Part shown: positions 1 through 7,522 of the stretch, one piece after another
Layout of the letters: each line of letters begins with the position of its first letter
Position numbering within the stretch: the stretch's first letter is position 1
Source of the DNA: Candidatus Methylomirabilia bacterium
GTDB taxonomy: Bacteria > Methylomirabilota > Methylomirabilia > Rokubacteriales > CSP1-6
Assembly: GCA_046758965.1 (NCBI GenBank)
Contig: JBHIBG010000094.1
Location: 1-10,198 of the forward strand
Reading direction: 5' to 3'
DNA length: 10,198 nucleotides
Notes under the pieces: generated by a model
What the model saw: the letters and a program-made list of their open reading frames with translations, nothing else
Told to the model about the DNA's origin: nothing
Databases searched by the model: none
Translations under genes and position numbers: made by a program

Positions 1-504
1 GAAGAGGGACCGAAAGAGATCCTCCGCTATCCCGTGCGCGGGCACGTGATCGGTTGGGGCCTGGCCTTTGACAGGAAGTTCGCCGCCAAAGTCCTCAATC
101 AGAAGGAAGTGAACGGAATCTCCACGGTGGAGGTTCAATTGAGCGCCTCGTACTACAACGCTCTGTTCAAAGAGATGCGCGTCAGATCTTTGGAGCACCT
201 GCTTTTCTCGACCAAACGAACCGCCCGCTTCGTGTGGAACCCGCTCGAACGCCGGTTCGTCCTGGATGACTCAGGATCCGAACTGTCGAGAGAACACATT
301 GACGGATTGTTTAATGACGTCCACGGAGGATTTCTTAAACACAACTTCGAAGAGCTCACCACGCTAGCCGCCAGTGGGGGTGACGATGAGAAGGCATGGC
401 TTAAGGAGTTCTTGCGTCTGGTCGGGGAAGAAAATCGCAGTGAGGGGCGGAAGTGTAGGACAATCAGGAAAATTGGGGACCTTGCGTTCTTGAAATGTGG
501 TTAG
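1..504 (+). CDS. Hypothetical protein, 3' part only (5' end lies left of the window)
   Basis: Frame 1 is open from base 1 ([20 protein letters not shown]...) to TAG at 502-504, so the listed GTG at 34 is probably internal. No family motif recognised. Lower GC than neighbouring genes (301-360 is 27/60 G+C). Ends just before the RBS of the next gene. Confidence 0.65.
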   Translation, partial: EEGPKEILRYPVRGHVIGWGLAFDRKFAAKVLNQKEVNGISTVEVQLSASYYNALFKEMRVRSLEHLLFSTKRTARFVWNPLERRFVLDDSGSELSREHIDGLFNDVHGGFLKHNFEELTTLAASGGDDEKAWLKEFLRLVGEENRSEGRKCRTIRKIGDLAFLKCG

Positions 505-523
505 CGTCCTCGAGGAGGCAGTC

Positions 524-1021
524 ATGCCCCGCCGCCAGCGATTCGTTGTCCACGAGCACAAGGCATCGCGCTTGCACTACGACTTCCGTCTCGAGCTGGG
601 TGGTGTCCTCAAATCGTGGGCGGTTCCCAAAGGCCCGTCCATGAACCCGGCCGACAAACGGCTTGCCGTGATGGTTCCGGACCATCCGATCGAGTACATC
701 GACTTCGAAGGGATCATCCCGGAGGGCAGCTACGGCGCCGGACCGGTCGTGATCTGGGACTCCGGCACGTATGAAACGATCGAGCCCGGCGACCCCGAGG
801 CGCGGCTCAAGGCCGGGAAATTCGCCTTCGTTCTCGAGGGGAAAAAGCTGAAGGGCGCGTTCGCGCTCGCTCGGTTCGGCAGGGGTAAGACGGGCAAGGA
901 GTGGCTCTTGATGAAGAAGAACGACCGGTATGCCGATCCCTCGTCGACGCTGAAGACCGAGCTGACTCCCCAGCGACTCAAGAGGCTCGCGGTCAAGACG
1001 CCACCCTGCGACACGACGTAG
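524..1021 (+). CDS. Stand-alone LigD 3'-phosphoesterase (PE) domain protein (DNA ligase D N-terminal domain family), about 165 aa
   Basis: Family motifs [70 protein letters not shown] and EWLLMK. ATG at 524 follows a strong SD (GAGGAGG, 512-518), so it is preferred over the GTG at 497. No ligase or polymerase domain is attached. Confidence 0.93.
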   Translation: MPRRQRFVVHEHKASRLHYDFRLELGGVLKSWAVPKGPSMNPADKRLAVMVPDHPIEYIDFEGIIPEGSYGAGPVVIWDSGTYETIEPGDPEARLKAGKFAFVLEGKKLKGAFALARFGRGKTGKEWLLMKKNDRYADPSSTLKTELTPQRLKRLAVKTPPCDTT

Positions 1022-1068
1022 CGATGGGGTGGCAGCCCAGACCCTTCTCCGGGCTGACAGAGTGGACC

Positions 1069-2166
1069 TTATTTGCTGGGCAGCGAGGCCAGGAGCGCTT
1101 CGACGAGAGCGCGAAGTTCCTCCGGCGCGCTCGAGCCGACGCGTCGCCTCAGCTCCTCGAGGAGCTGCCAGGTCTGAGGCCCTGTGATCTCGAGCCCGGT
1201 CTGCGTCGTCACCTCGCGGATTGCGGCGAGGGACGAGCGGTTCAGGGTCAGGGAGAGCACGTCGAAGCGGTTGTAATTGCCGGCCAGGTCGTGGTGGATC
1301 TTCCGCCGGATGATCGCCTCGAGGTCGATCGTTCCGTAGACGATCTCCTCGGCGCCGGCTGCTGCCGGGCCCGCGATGACCTTGCCGTCGGGTCCCAGGA
1401 TCCCCGTGAAGGTCTGGCTCTCCTCGCCGAGGAGCCGGCGCTTCTCCTGACTGTCCCCAAGGATCTCTCGCATCTCCGGGCTGATCAGGCTCCCCGCCAC
1501 CACCACGAAGCAGCTCCCCTCGAAGGCGTGGGCCGCCGACCGAATCTCGATGGCATGCTTCAGGTCAAATGCGTCCCCTGCCGGGCGGGCCGGGTAGTTG
1601 GCCACGTGGACCTGCTCCCCCTGGGCCATGAGGGCGAAGCGGGCCAGGGGGTTCGTGTTCTCCCCGCAGCAGAGGGTGCCAAGGCGCCCTACCGCCGTGT
1701 CGTACACCCGGAGGGTCGAGCCGTCGCCGAAGCTCCAGATCATTTTCTCGGCATAGGTGGGCATGAGCTTCCGGTGGCAGCCGAGGAGGGAGCCGTCGGG
1801 GGCGAAGATCAAGTTGGTGTTGAAGAGCTCCCCCATGCTTCGTCGGCTCCGCTCGTTGACCCCGATAACCACATACGCTGAGGCCTCTCGGGCCGCCTGG
1901 CCCAACTTCTCGGTGAGGGGGCCGGGGACCTCGACGGCCTCCCGCACCAATTGGAGGAAGTAGCGCTCGTTAGCCTGGGGGCGGTCCAGGTAGATCCAGT
2001 GCGGGAAGCCGGGGACGAAGACCTCCGGGAAGGCGACCAGCCGCGCCCCGGCGCCCCCGGCCTGCCGGATCAGGGCGCAGGCCTTGTCCACCGTGACGTC
2101 TCGGTTCAGATAGACTGGAGCAGCCTGGACCGCGGCAGCGGTGAAGATCGGCCAGCCTCGGTTCAT
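1069..2166 (-). CDS. Nitrilase / carbon-nitrogen hydrolase family protein, about 365 aa
   Basis: N-terminal AAVQAAPVYLN; Glu-Lys-Cys triad in LVAFPEVFVPGFP, HRKLMPTYAEK and LCCGENTNPLARF; C-terminal DLAGNYNRFDVLSL. ATG at 2166 is preceded by the SD AGGAGG (around 2174-2179 on the minus strand). Confidence 0.93.
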   Translation of the reverse strand: MNRGWPIFTAAAVQAAPVYLNRDVTVDKACALIRQAGGAGARLVAFPEVFVPGFPHWIYLDRPQANERYFLQLVREAVEVPGPLTEKLGQAAREASAYVVIGVNERSRRSMGELFNTNLIFAPDGSLLGCHRKLMPTYAEKMIWSFGDGSTLRVYDTAVGRLGTLCCGENTNPLARFALMAQGEQVHVANYPARPAGDAFDLKHAIEIRSAAHAFEGSCFVVVAGSLISPEMREILGDSQEKRRLLGEESQTFTGILGPDGKVIAGPAAAGAEEIVYGTIDLEAIIRRKIHHDLAGNYNRFDVLSLTLNRSSLAAIREVTTQTGLEITGPQTWQLLEELRRRVGSSAPEELRALVEALLASLPSK

Positions 2167-2315
2167 ATCAAGACCTCCTGATTTCGAGGGACACATGTCA
2201 TCCCGGTCAGCTCACGCTGCGGCTCTGTGTCTCACCTGAATCATCCCGCCCGCGTGATCCAGCTCTCCTCCGCCACACCCCCCGAGGATCACCTGAGATC
2301 TGCCTGTCCGGCAAG

Positions 2316-2654
2316 TCATAGGCCAAGAGATCGGCGGAGTTGTCTGCCGATAGCTTCCAAGTCGGCTTTCGGCATCGAGCCAAGTTTCCTATCGATCATT
2401 GGCCGCTTGATGGTTCGAACGATCCCCGTCGCCAGGGAAGGAAAAAGCAATCCGGCCCCTTTCCGATCGGAGATGAGATGGTCGCCGAAGAGACGCCGTC
2501 TGACGTTGCTGGTGATGGCCGCCACGATCACTTCCTGCCGCGCGCGGTGGTAGGCCGAGGAGCTGATGATGCCGGCGGGGCGGAGCGTCTTCCCCAGCTC
2601 ATCCGAGAACACGAAACCGACCAACACTACGTCGCCCCGGCTATAGGCGGTCAT
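2316..2654 (-). CDS. mazF: Type II toxin-antitoxin toxin, PemK/MazF family endoribonuclease
   Basis: 112 aa with YSRGDVVLVGFVFSD..., LRPAGIIS (catalytic Arg position), VIVAAITS (catalytic Thr position), AGLLFPS and RKLGSM. Overlaps the upstream small gene by 14 bp. Confidence 0.9.
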   Translation of the reverse strand: MTAYSRGDVVLVGFVFSDELGKTLRPAGIISSSAYHRARQEVIVAAITSNVRRRLFGDHLISDRKGAGLLFPSLATGIVRTIKRPMIDRKLGSMPKADLEAIGRQLRRSLGL

Positions 2655-2901
2655 ACTCGGCGTCTCTACGATTGCCCCACAGCTCCGCTAGCACAGGATC
2701 CGCCTTGGCCGTTAGAGCGAACACCTCCAGGCTCTCATCGCCGAGATCGTCCCGAAGCCGCTCTTCAATCGCCTCCAGCACGTACTGCCGGACCGTGAGA
2801 TCGCGCTTTGCCGCTGCCAGCCGAAGGCGACGGCGCACTTCCGGCCGCACGTCAACGCTGATCCGAGGACGTTTCGCCGAAGCCTCCATTGGCCGTGCCA
2901 T
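2641..2901 (-). CDS. Putative antitoxin with a ribbon-helix-helix-like N-terminus, about 86 aa
   Basis: RPRISVDVRPEVRRRLRLAAAKRDLTVRQYVLEAIEERL fits a beta-alpha-alpha RHH pattern. The acidic tail LAELWGNRRDAEYDRL resembles tails of antitoxins found upstream of PemK genes. ATG at 2901 has the SD CAGGAGA at 2911-2917. Confidence 0.8.
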   Translation of the reverse strand: MARPMEASAKRPRISVDVRPEVRRRLRLAAAKRDLTVRQYVLEAIEERLRDDLGDESLEVFALTAKADPVLAELWGNRRDAEYDRL

Positions 2902-2923
2902 GTCGTCGTGTCTCCTGCAGGGA

Positions 2924-2952
2924 AGAATGGCGCAAATACTCCATGGTGCCAA
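2924..2952 (-). promoter_or_regulatory. Putative sigma70-type promoter of the toxin-antitoxin operon
   Basis: Minus strand reads TTGGCA (2952-2947), 17 bp, CATTCT (2929-2924), just upstream of the antitoxin RBS. The -10 box matches consensus at only 3/6. Confidence 0.45.
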
Positions 2953-2961
2953 TGACACCAT
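2927..2961. promoter_or_regulatory. Tandem palindromic operator, probable antitoxin autorepression site
   Basis: ATGGTGCCA-A-TGACACCAT (2943-2961; 9-bp arms, 1 mismatch) plus a degenerate copy ATGGCGCAAATACTCCAT (2927-2944). Both overlap the putative promoter. Confidence 0.6.
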
Positions 2962-2986
2962 CCTCTCGAGACCCGGCTCCTCCCAG

Positions 2987-3046
2987 TCACTTGATTACGT
3001 TGTCGGCCTGGAAGAGGAGGGACGGGGGAATCGTGAGCCCGAGGGC
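2987..3046 (+). repeat. Direct repeat shared with 10139-10198 (SBP 3' ends)
   Basis: 56/60 nt identical to 10139-10198; 3006-3046 equals 10158-10198 exactly (41 nt) up to the window edge. Confidence 0.9.
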
Positions 3047-4057
3047 CCTGGCGGTCTTGAGATTGATGGTCAGATCGAACTTCATGGGCTGCTCCACCGG
3101 TATGTCGGCGGGGTTCGCACCTTTGAGGATCTTATCTACCCGGGCGGCGGTGCGCCGGCCCAAGTCAGCAAGATTCGGCCCATAGGTCATGAGCGCACCA
3201 GCGTCCGCAAAGTCTCTTCTCCAGAACATCGTCGGCAGCTGATGCTGGCTCGCAAGGCTTACGATCCAGTTTTTGAACGTCCAGAACGTGTCGTCCGGGA
3301 GCACGAGGACGGCGTCGGCACCTCTTCGAGTGATCGCTGAGAATGCGGCCTCGAAGTCGTTAGGACCGCTGACGTGCAAGGATAGAGGCGTTATGCCCAA
3401 CGCCCGGGCGGCGGCCTGCGTCTCTTTGAACACCAGTGCCGTATTAGGTGGATTCGAGAGGACGGCAACGCGCTGGAGGGTTGGTACGGCTTCCTTAAGC
3501 AACTCCAGCTGTTTTCCACCGAGTCCGGCCAACATGTTGGTAACGCCGGTAACGTTCCCTCCTGGGTACGCGAGGCCTCCGACGAGCCCCGCAGCGACTG
3601 GATCGGGAACTTCCATAAAGACGATGGGAATCGTCCTCGTCGCCTTCTTGGCACCCAAGGCCGCTCGCGTGCCCATCGCAAGGATGACGTCAACCTTGGC
3701 CCGCGCGAGCTCGGTGGCGAAATAAGCGAGACGTCCTGGCAGGTCCTCCTCAAATGCGTAGAACATCCTGACATTCCTCTCCTCATAGCCCAGCTCACGC
3801 AGACCTCGGCAGAGTCCAGCATGGCTGGTTTCGCCCCAACGTGGAGGTCGAGGATGCGCCTCTGAACAAATCCCCTCGAAAGTGGCTTCTGTTAGCTCAC
3901 CTTTGAGGTAATAAGAACCGGCGCTGATAAGCTCCGAAAACACGGAGACCCCCCAAATAGCTATCCGATAGACCTTCCCTGCCTTCTGCGCCTCCGCTGG
4001 CAGCGGCGCGGCGAGCAGGCCGAGGGCGAGGGTGAGGGCAAATGCTCTGCGCTTCAT
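2987..4057 (-). CDS. ABC transporter substrate-binding protein (ABC_sub_bind-type), exported
   Basis: Signal peptide MKRRAFALTLALGLLAAPLPAEA|Q. Family motifs GLRELGY, KVDVILA, ATRTIPIVF, DPVAAGLVGGLAYPGGNVTGV, GKQLELLKE, GALMTYGP and VDKILKGANPADIPVEQPMKFDLTINLKTARALGLTIPPSLL. SD GAGGA upstream. ATGA overlap with the upstream gene. Confidence 0.92.
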   Translation of the reverse strand: MKRRAFALTLALGLLAAPLPAEAQKAGKVYRIAIWGVSVFSELISAGSYYLKGELTEATFEGICSEAHPRPPRWGETSHAGLCRGLRELGYEERNVRMFYAFEEDLPGRLAYFATELARAKVDVILAMGTRAALGAKKATRTIPIVFMEVPDPVAAGLVGGLAYPGGNVTGVTNMLAGLGGKQLELLKEAVPTLQRVAVLSNPPNTALVFKETQAAARALGITPLSLHVSGPNDFEAAFSAITRRGADAVLVLPDDTFWTFKNWIVSLASQHQLPTMFWRRDFADAGALMTYGPNLADLGRRTAARVDKILKGANPADIPVEQPMKFDLTINLKTARALGLTIPPSLLFQADNVIK

Positions 4058-7000
4058 GTTCGCTTCCTCGCTTTCTTGGTGCCCTTAGACCCCAACGCCT
4101 TCAGCTCCGCCTCCGCCTGCTCCAGCCAGAAGCGCATGTCCATCTCGCGGAGCATCGTGGTGGCCGTGGTGAGGTGCTCCTGGGCCTTCGGGCGGTCCCC
4201 GGTGCTCCGGTAGAGCTTGGCAAGGCCGAGGTGGCAGCGGGCCAGGAGCGGGCGCATCCCGAGTTCGTCGGCCAGCGCCATGGCCTGACCGTAGTGACCT
4301 CGCGCCGTCTCCACGTCAGGAGCATCAAGGTGGGAAGCGATCTCAGCAAGGAGTCGGAACATGCGCACCTGCCAGCCGCGTTGACCACGCTCGCGGGTAA
4401 GCGTCAGGGCTTGCCCGGCGAATACCCGAGCGTCCTCCAGCCGGCCGGCGAGCGCGTACGCCTCTGCCAGATTCACGACAATGAGCGAGTGCCAGGCTCC
4501 CGCCCCGGTGGGCGTAATCGCCCTGAGAGCTTGCTCGAGGAGTGAGAGGCCTTCCGCCACACGTCCCGAGAGCGCGTGCGTGTAGCCCAAGAGGCCCTCG
4601 GTGACCTGTGAAACGAGCGCGAAGTTCCAATCGCGGGACAGAGCAAGACCGACTTCGAGTGGGTGGACGGCGTCGCTAAACTCCCCTCTCAGCCCGTAGA
4701 GAGACCCGAGACCCCAGGACACAACGACCCGGGTATAGGGGTGGTCGAGCGCCTCCGTGACTCGTACTGCGTCCTGTCCGTGGGCGATGCTCTCGTCGAA
4801 CACCCCACGCTCGGCCAGGGACCACGCCCAAAAAGAATGGCACACCGGGGCTGGGAAAAAGGGCAGGCCACAGCGCTCGCGCTCACCTTTGAGCGACTCT
4901 ACGAGCTTCCGGTAAAGGTCTTCGGCCTGTCGATACCCGCCCGACGTGAAGCGGGCTACGGCGAGGTAGGTATTCGCGGCAACCTGGAGCGGAAGATCAC
5001 CAAGCGTCTCGCCGATGGCATGGGCACTCTGGCCGAACGTGAACGCTTCCGTCGAGTGACCAGTCAACCAGAAGTAGTGGCTCATGTAGACCGATACCCA
5101 CCCGAGCCGCCGCGGGTCATCGAGCGTCCGGGCGATGCCTTCGGCGTCGCGAAGGTACCCACGGACTTTCTCGAGCTCACCGAGCGGCCAGAGCGAGTTT
5201 CGAAGGTCGATGCGAAGGTCGGTTGCCTGCTCAAGCGTCTCGCGTGTCTCGGAAAGATGCGACAGCGCCGCTAGGGCCTGTTCGAAGCACACGACCGCTT
5301 CCCGGTGGGCCGATCGCACCGCCGCTTTAGCACCGGCTTGGCGGAGGTAGGTCGCCGCCTTGTCCCACACCTCCCCCCGGAACGCATGGTGGGCCAGCCG
5401 CTCGGCGTGCTCGGTGAGGCGGTCGGGGTAGAGTCGCTCGAGGGCTTCCACAGTCTTGGCGTGGAGGGCCCGACGCCGCTCCTGAAGGAGCGAGTTGTAC
5501 GCCACCTGGTACGTCACCCCGTGCTTGAAGGTGTATTCGAGGTCTGGGAAGAGACTGGTCTCATAGAGGAACTCGACCGTCTGAAGGCGGCTCAAAGCAC
5601 GGCGCAGCTCCTCCTCTGGCATCTCGACAACAGCATGAAGCAGTGTGAAGGGCACATCCTCGCCGATGACCGAGGCGGACTGGAGGAGGCGCTTGTCCTC
5701 GGGCGAGAGCCGGTCGATCCGGGCGGCCAGGACCGCCTGGACCGTCGCGGGCACCTGAATGCTCTGGACAGGCTTCGCCAGACGATAGGCCCCGCGCTCG
5801 CCGACCAGGGCCTGCGTCTCGACGAGGGTGCGGACGCTCTCTTCCAGAAAGAAGGGGTTGCCCTCGGTGCGTTCGATCAGGAGCTGCCTGAACGGCTGAA
5901 GCTCGGCGGCCTTCCCCACGAGGCCCTGGAGGAGTTCTTCGGCGCTCTCGGGCGGCAACGGGTCAATGCGAAGTTGCGTGTAGTAGGTCTTTGACCCCCA
6001 GCCGTGCTGGTACTCGGGACGGTAGTTCACCAGCAGCAGGAGGCGGACGGTCGGGAGGCTCTCGATCAGGCTGTCCAGGACCACCTGGGTCTCGGAGTCG
6101 ATCCAGTGGAGGTCCTCGAAGACCACGCAGAGGGGCTGGACCTGGCTCTCCCTGAGCAGGAGGCGCTTGACGGCGTCCAGGGTCTGCTGGCGGCGTTGGG
6201 GGGGATCGAGGTCCTGCCAGCGAGGGTCCTCGACGGGCACATCCAGGAGGGAGAGGAAGACTGGTAGCGTCGGCCGGAAAGCTTCATCGAGTGTGAGGAG
6301 CTTGCCGGTGACCTTCTCACGAATCTTCCGGGCGTCGTCGCGGGTCTCGATCTGGAAGTACGTCTTGAGGAGGTCAATGACTGGGAGGTAGGTGGTGGCC
6401 TTGCCATAGGAGACGGAGCCACTTTCGAGGATCAGCCAGCCGTGGGTGCGATGCGAGTGCGTGAACTCGTAGAACAGGCGCGATTTGCCCACGCCCGGTT
6501 CGCCAACGACCCCGACGACCTGGCCGTGGCCCTGCGCCGCCCGCTCCAGGGCCTTGCGGAGCTGGTCGAGTTCAGCATCCCGCCCGACGAAGCGGGTCAG
6601 CCCGCGAGCCACGGCGGCCTCAAGTCGCCTCCGTACCGGCCCTGCGCCGGTGACCTCGTAGACCTCAATGGGGGCTTCCAACCCTTTCACCGGCACCGGA
6701 CCGAACGACTTGACCTCCACATAGCCCTCGGCGAGCCGCAACGTGTCAGACGTGACCACAATCGACCCCGGCATCGCGGCCTGTTCCATCCGAGCCGCCA
6801 GGTGCGTGGTCTGGCCGACCGCGGTGTAGTCCATGTGGAGGTCGCTCCCGATGGACCGCACGACCACCTCACCCGAGTTCAGGCCGACGCGGATGTGAAT
6901 CGGGACGCCAACAGCGCGCCGGACCTCCTCGGCGTACCGCTTGACCGACTCCTGCATCCTGAGTGCCGCATAGCAGGCCCGCACCGCATGGTCCTCGTGG

Positions 7001-7446
7001 GCCAGGGGCGCCCCGAAAAGGGCCATGATCCCGTCCCCCATCACCTGGTTCACGGTCCCCTCGTAGCGGTGGACGGCCTCCATCATGCGTTCCAGCACCG
7101 GGTCGAGGAGCTTCCGCGCCTCCTCGGGGTCCCGGTCGGCAAGGAGCTCCATCGACCCCTTCAGGTCAGCGAACAGCACCGTGACCTGCTTGCGCTCGCC
7201 TTCGAGGGCGGTCTTGGAGGTCAAGATCTTCTCGGCGAGGTGCTTGGGGGTGTAGGATTCGGGAGAGCCGAAGCGCGGCTGTACGGCAGTCGGTCCGGCA
7301 ACGGGCTGCGCGCACTCAGGGCAGAACTTCGCCGTTGCAGAAAGCTGGGTGCCGCAGTTGGCGCAGGTCCGCGCTAGCGGGGTGGCACACTCCTCGCAGA
7401 ACTTCGCCTGCGGCCGGTTCTCGGCCTGGCACCGCGGACAGTTCAT
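4054..7446 (-). CDS. Multidomain signalling protein: double zinc ribbon, class III adenylate/guanylate cyclase, STAND-type ATPase, TPR-like repeats (1130 aa)
   Basis: N-terminal CPRC/CEEC/CANC/CPEC. Cyclase motifs ERKQVTVLFADLKGS, MGDGIMALFGAP, IRVGLNSGEV and YTAVGQTTHLAARME. Walker A GEPGVGKS (6481-6504) and Walker B VVFEDLHW (6103-6126). RTEGNPFFLEE and YTFKH motifs, then an Ala/Leu-rich helical C-terminus. SD GGGAGG at 7454-7459. Confidence 0.95.
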   Translation of the reverse strand: MNCPRCQAENRPQAKFCEECATPLARTCANCGTQLSATAKFCPECAQPVAGPTAVQPRFGSPESYTPKHLAEKILTSKTALEGERKQVTVLFADLKGSMELLADRDPEEARKLLDPVLERMMEAVHRYEGTVNQVMGDGIMALFGAPLAHEDHAVRACYAALRMQESVKRYAEEVRRAVGVPIHIRVGLNSGEVVVRSIGSDLHMDYTAVGQTTHLAARMEQAAMPGSIVVTSDTLRLAEGYVEVKSFGPVPVKGLEAPIEVYEVTGAGPVRRRLEAAVARGLTRFVGRDAELDQLRKALERAAQGHGQVVGVVGEPGVGKSRLFYEFTHSHRTHGWLILESGSVSYGKATTYLPVIDLLKTYFQIETRDDARKIREKVTGKLLTLDEAFRPTLPVFLSLLDVPVEDPRWQDLDPPQRRQQTLDAVKRLLLRESQVQPLCVVFEDLHWIDSETQVVLDSLIESLPTVRLLLLVNYRPEYQHGWGSKTYYTQLRIDPLPPESAEELLQGLVGKAAELQPFRQLLIERTEGNPFFLEESVRTLVETQALVGERGAYRLAKPVQSIQVPATVQAVLAARIDRLSPEDKRLLQSASVIGEDVPFTLLHAVVEMPEEELRRALSRLQTVEFLYETSLFPDLEYTFKHGVTYQVAYNSLLQERRRALHAKTVEALERLYPDRLTEHAERLAHHAFRGEVWDKAATYLRQAGAKAAVRSAHREAVVCFEQALAALSHLSETRETLEQATDLRIDLRNSLWPLGELEKVRGYLRDAEGIARTLDDPRRLGWVSVYMSHYFWLTGHSTEAFTFGQSAHAIGETLGDLPLQVAANTYLAVARFTSGGYRQAEDLYRKLVESLKGERERCGLPFFPAPVCHSFWAWSLAERGVFDESIAHGQDAVRVTEALDHPYTRVVVSWGLGSLYGLRGEFSDAVHPLEVGLALSRDWNFALVSQVTEGLLGYTHALSGRVAEGLSLLEQALRAITPTGAGAWHSLIVVNLAEAYALAGRLEDARVFAGQALTLTRERGQRGWQVRMFRLLAEIASHLDAPDVETARGHYGQAMALADELGMRPLLARCHLGLAKLYRSTGDRPKAQEHLTTATTMLREMDMRFWLEQAEAELKALGSKGTKKARKRT

Positions 7447-7493
7447 AGCCGGGCCTCCCTGAGCGGGTCTGATGAAACAGAGACGGTGCCGCT

Positions 7494-7522
7494 AATCTAG
7501 ACCCAGGGGCGCGAGGGGTCAA
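7494..7522 (-). promoter_or_regulatory. Putative sigma70 promoter for the cyclase-SBP operon
   Basis: Minus strand reads TTGACC (7522-7517), exactly 17 bp, TAGATT (7499-7494). The -10 box is about 47 bp upstream of the cyclase ATG. Confidence 0.6.

Noticed and set aside
497..523. Longer ORF-track starts (497 for PE; also 2196, 2961 and 7755 for other genes)
   Set aside because: Downstream ATGs at 524, 2166, 2901 and 7860 have clear Shine-Dalgarno sequences, and the extensions look non-coding.
1033..1056. Hairpin CAGCCC...GGGCTG between the convergent PE and nitrilase genes
   Set aside because: Only a 6-bp perfect stem with no U-tract on either strand; too weak to call a terminator.
901..1881. 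326-aa plus-strand ORF
   Set aside because: Antisense shadow of the nitrilase that also overlaps the PE gene; no motif recognised, typical of high-GC DNA.
2286..2312. Possible decayed SBP 3' end (minus strand CAGGCAGATCTCAGGTGATC, loosely QADQVI)
   Set aside because: Too short and needs an indel; could be chance.
2200..2315. Possible glycine riboswitch upstream of the nitrilase (minus strand has TCAGGTGA twice, GGAGAG and ACAGAG)
   Set aside because: The conserved CCGAAG core is missing and I cannot build the expected stems; an Infernal/Rfam scan would settle it.
4663..7377. Plus-strand ORFs of 203, 229 and 311 aa
   Set aside because: Antisense to the well-supported cyclase-STAND gene, with no independent evidence.
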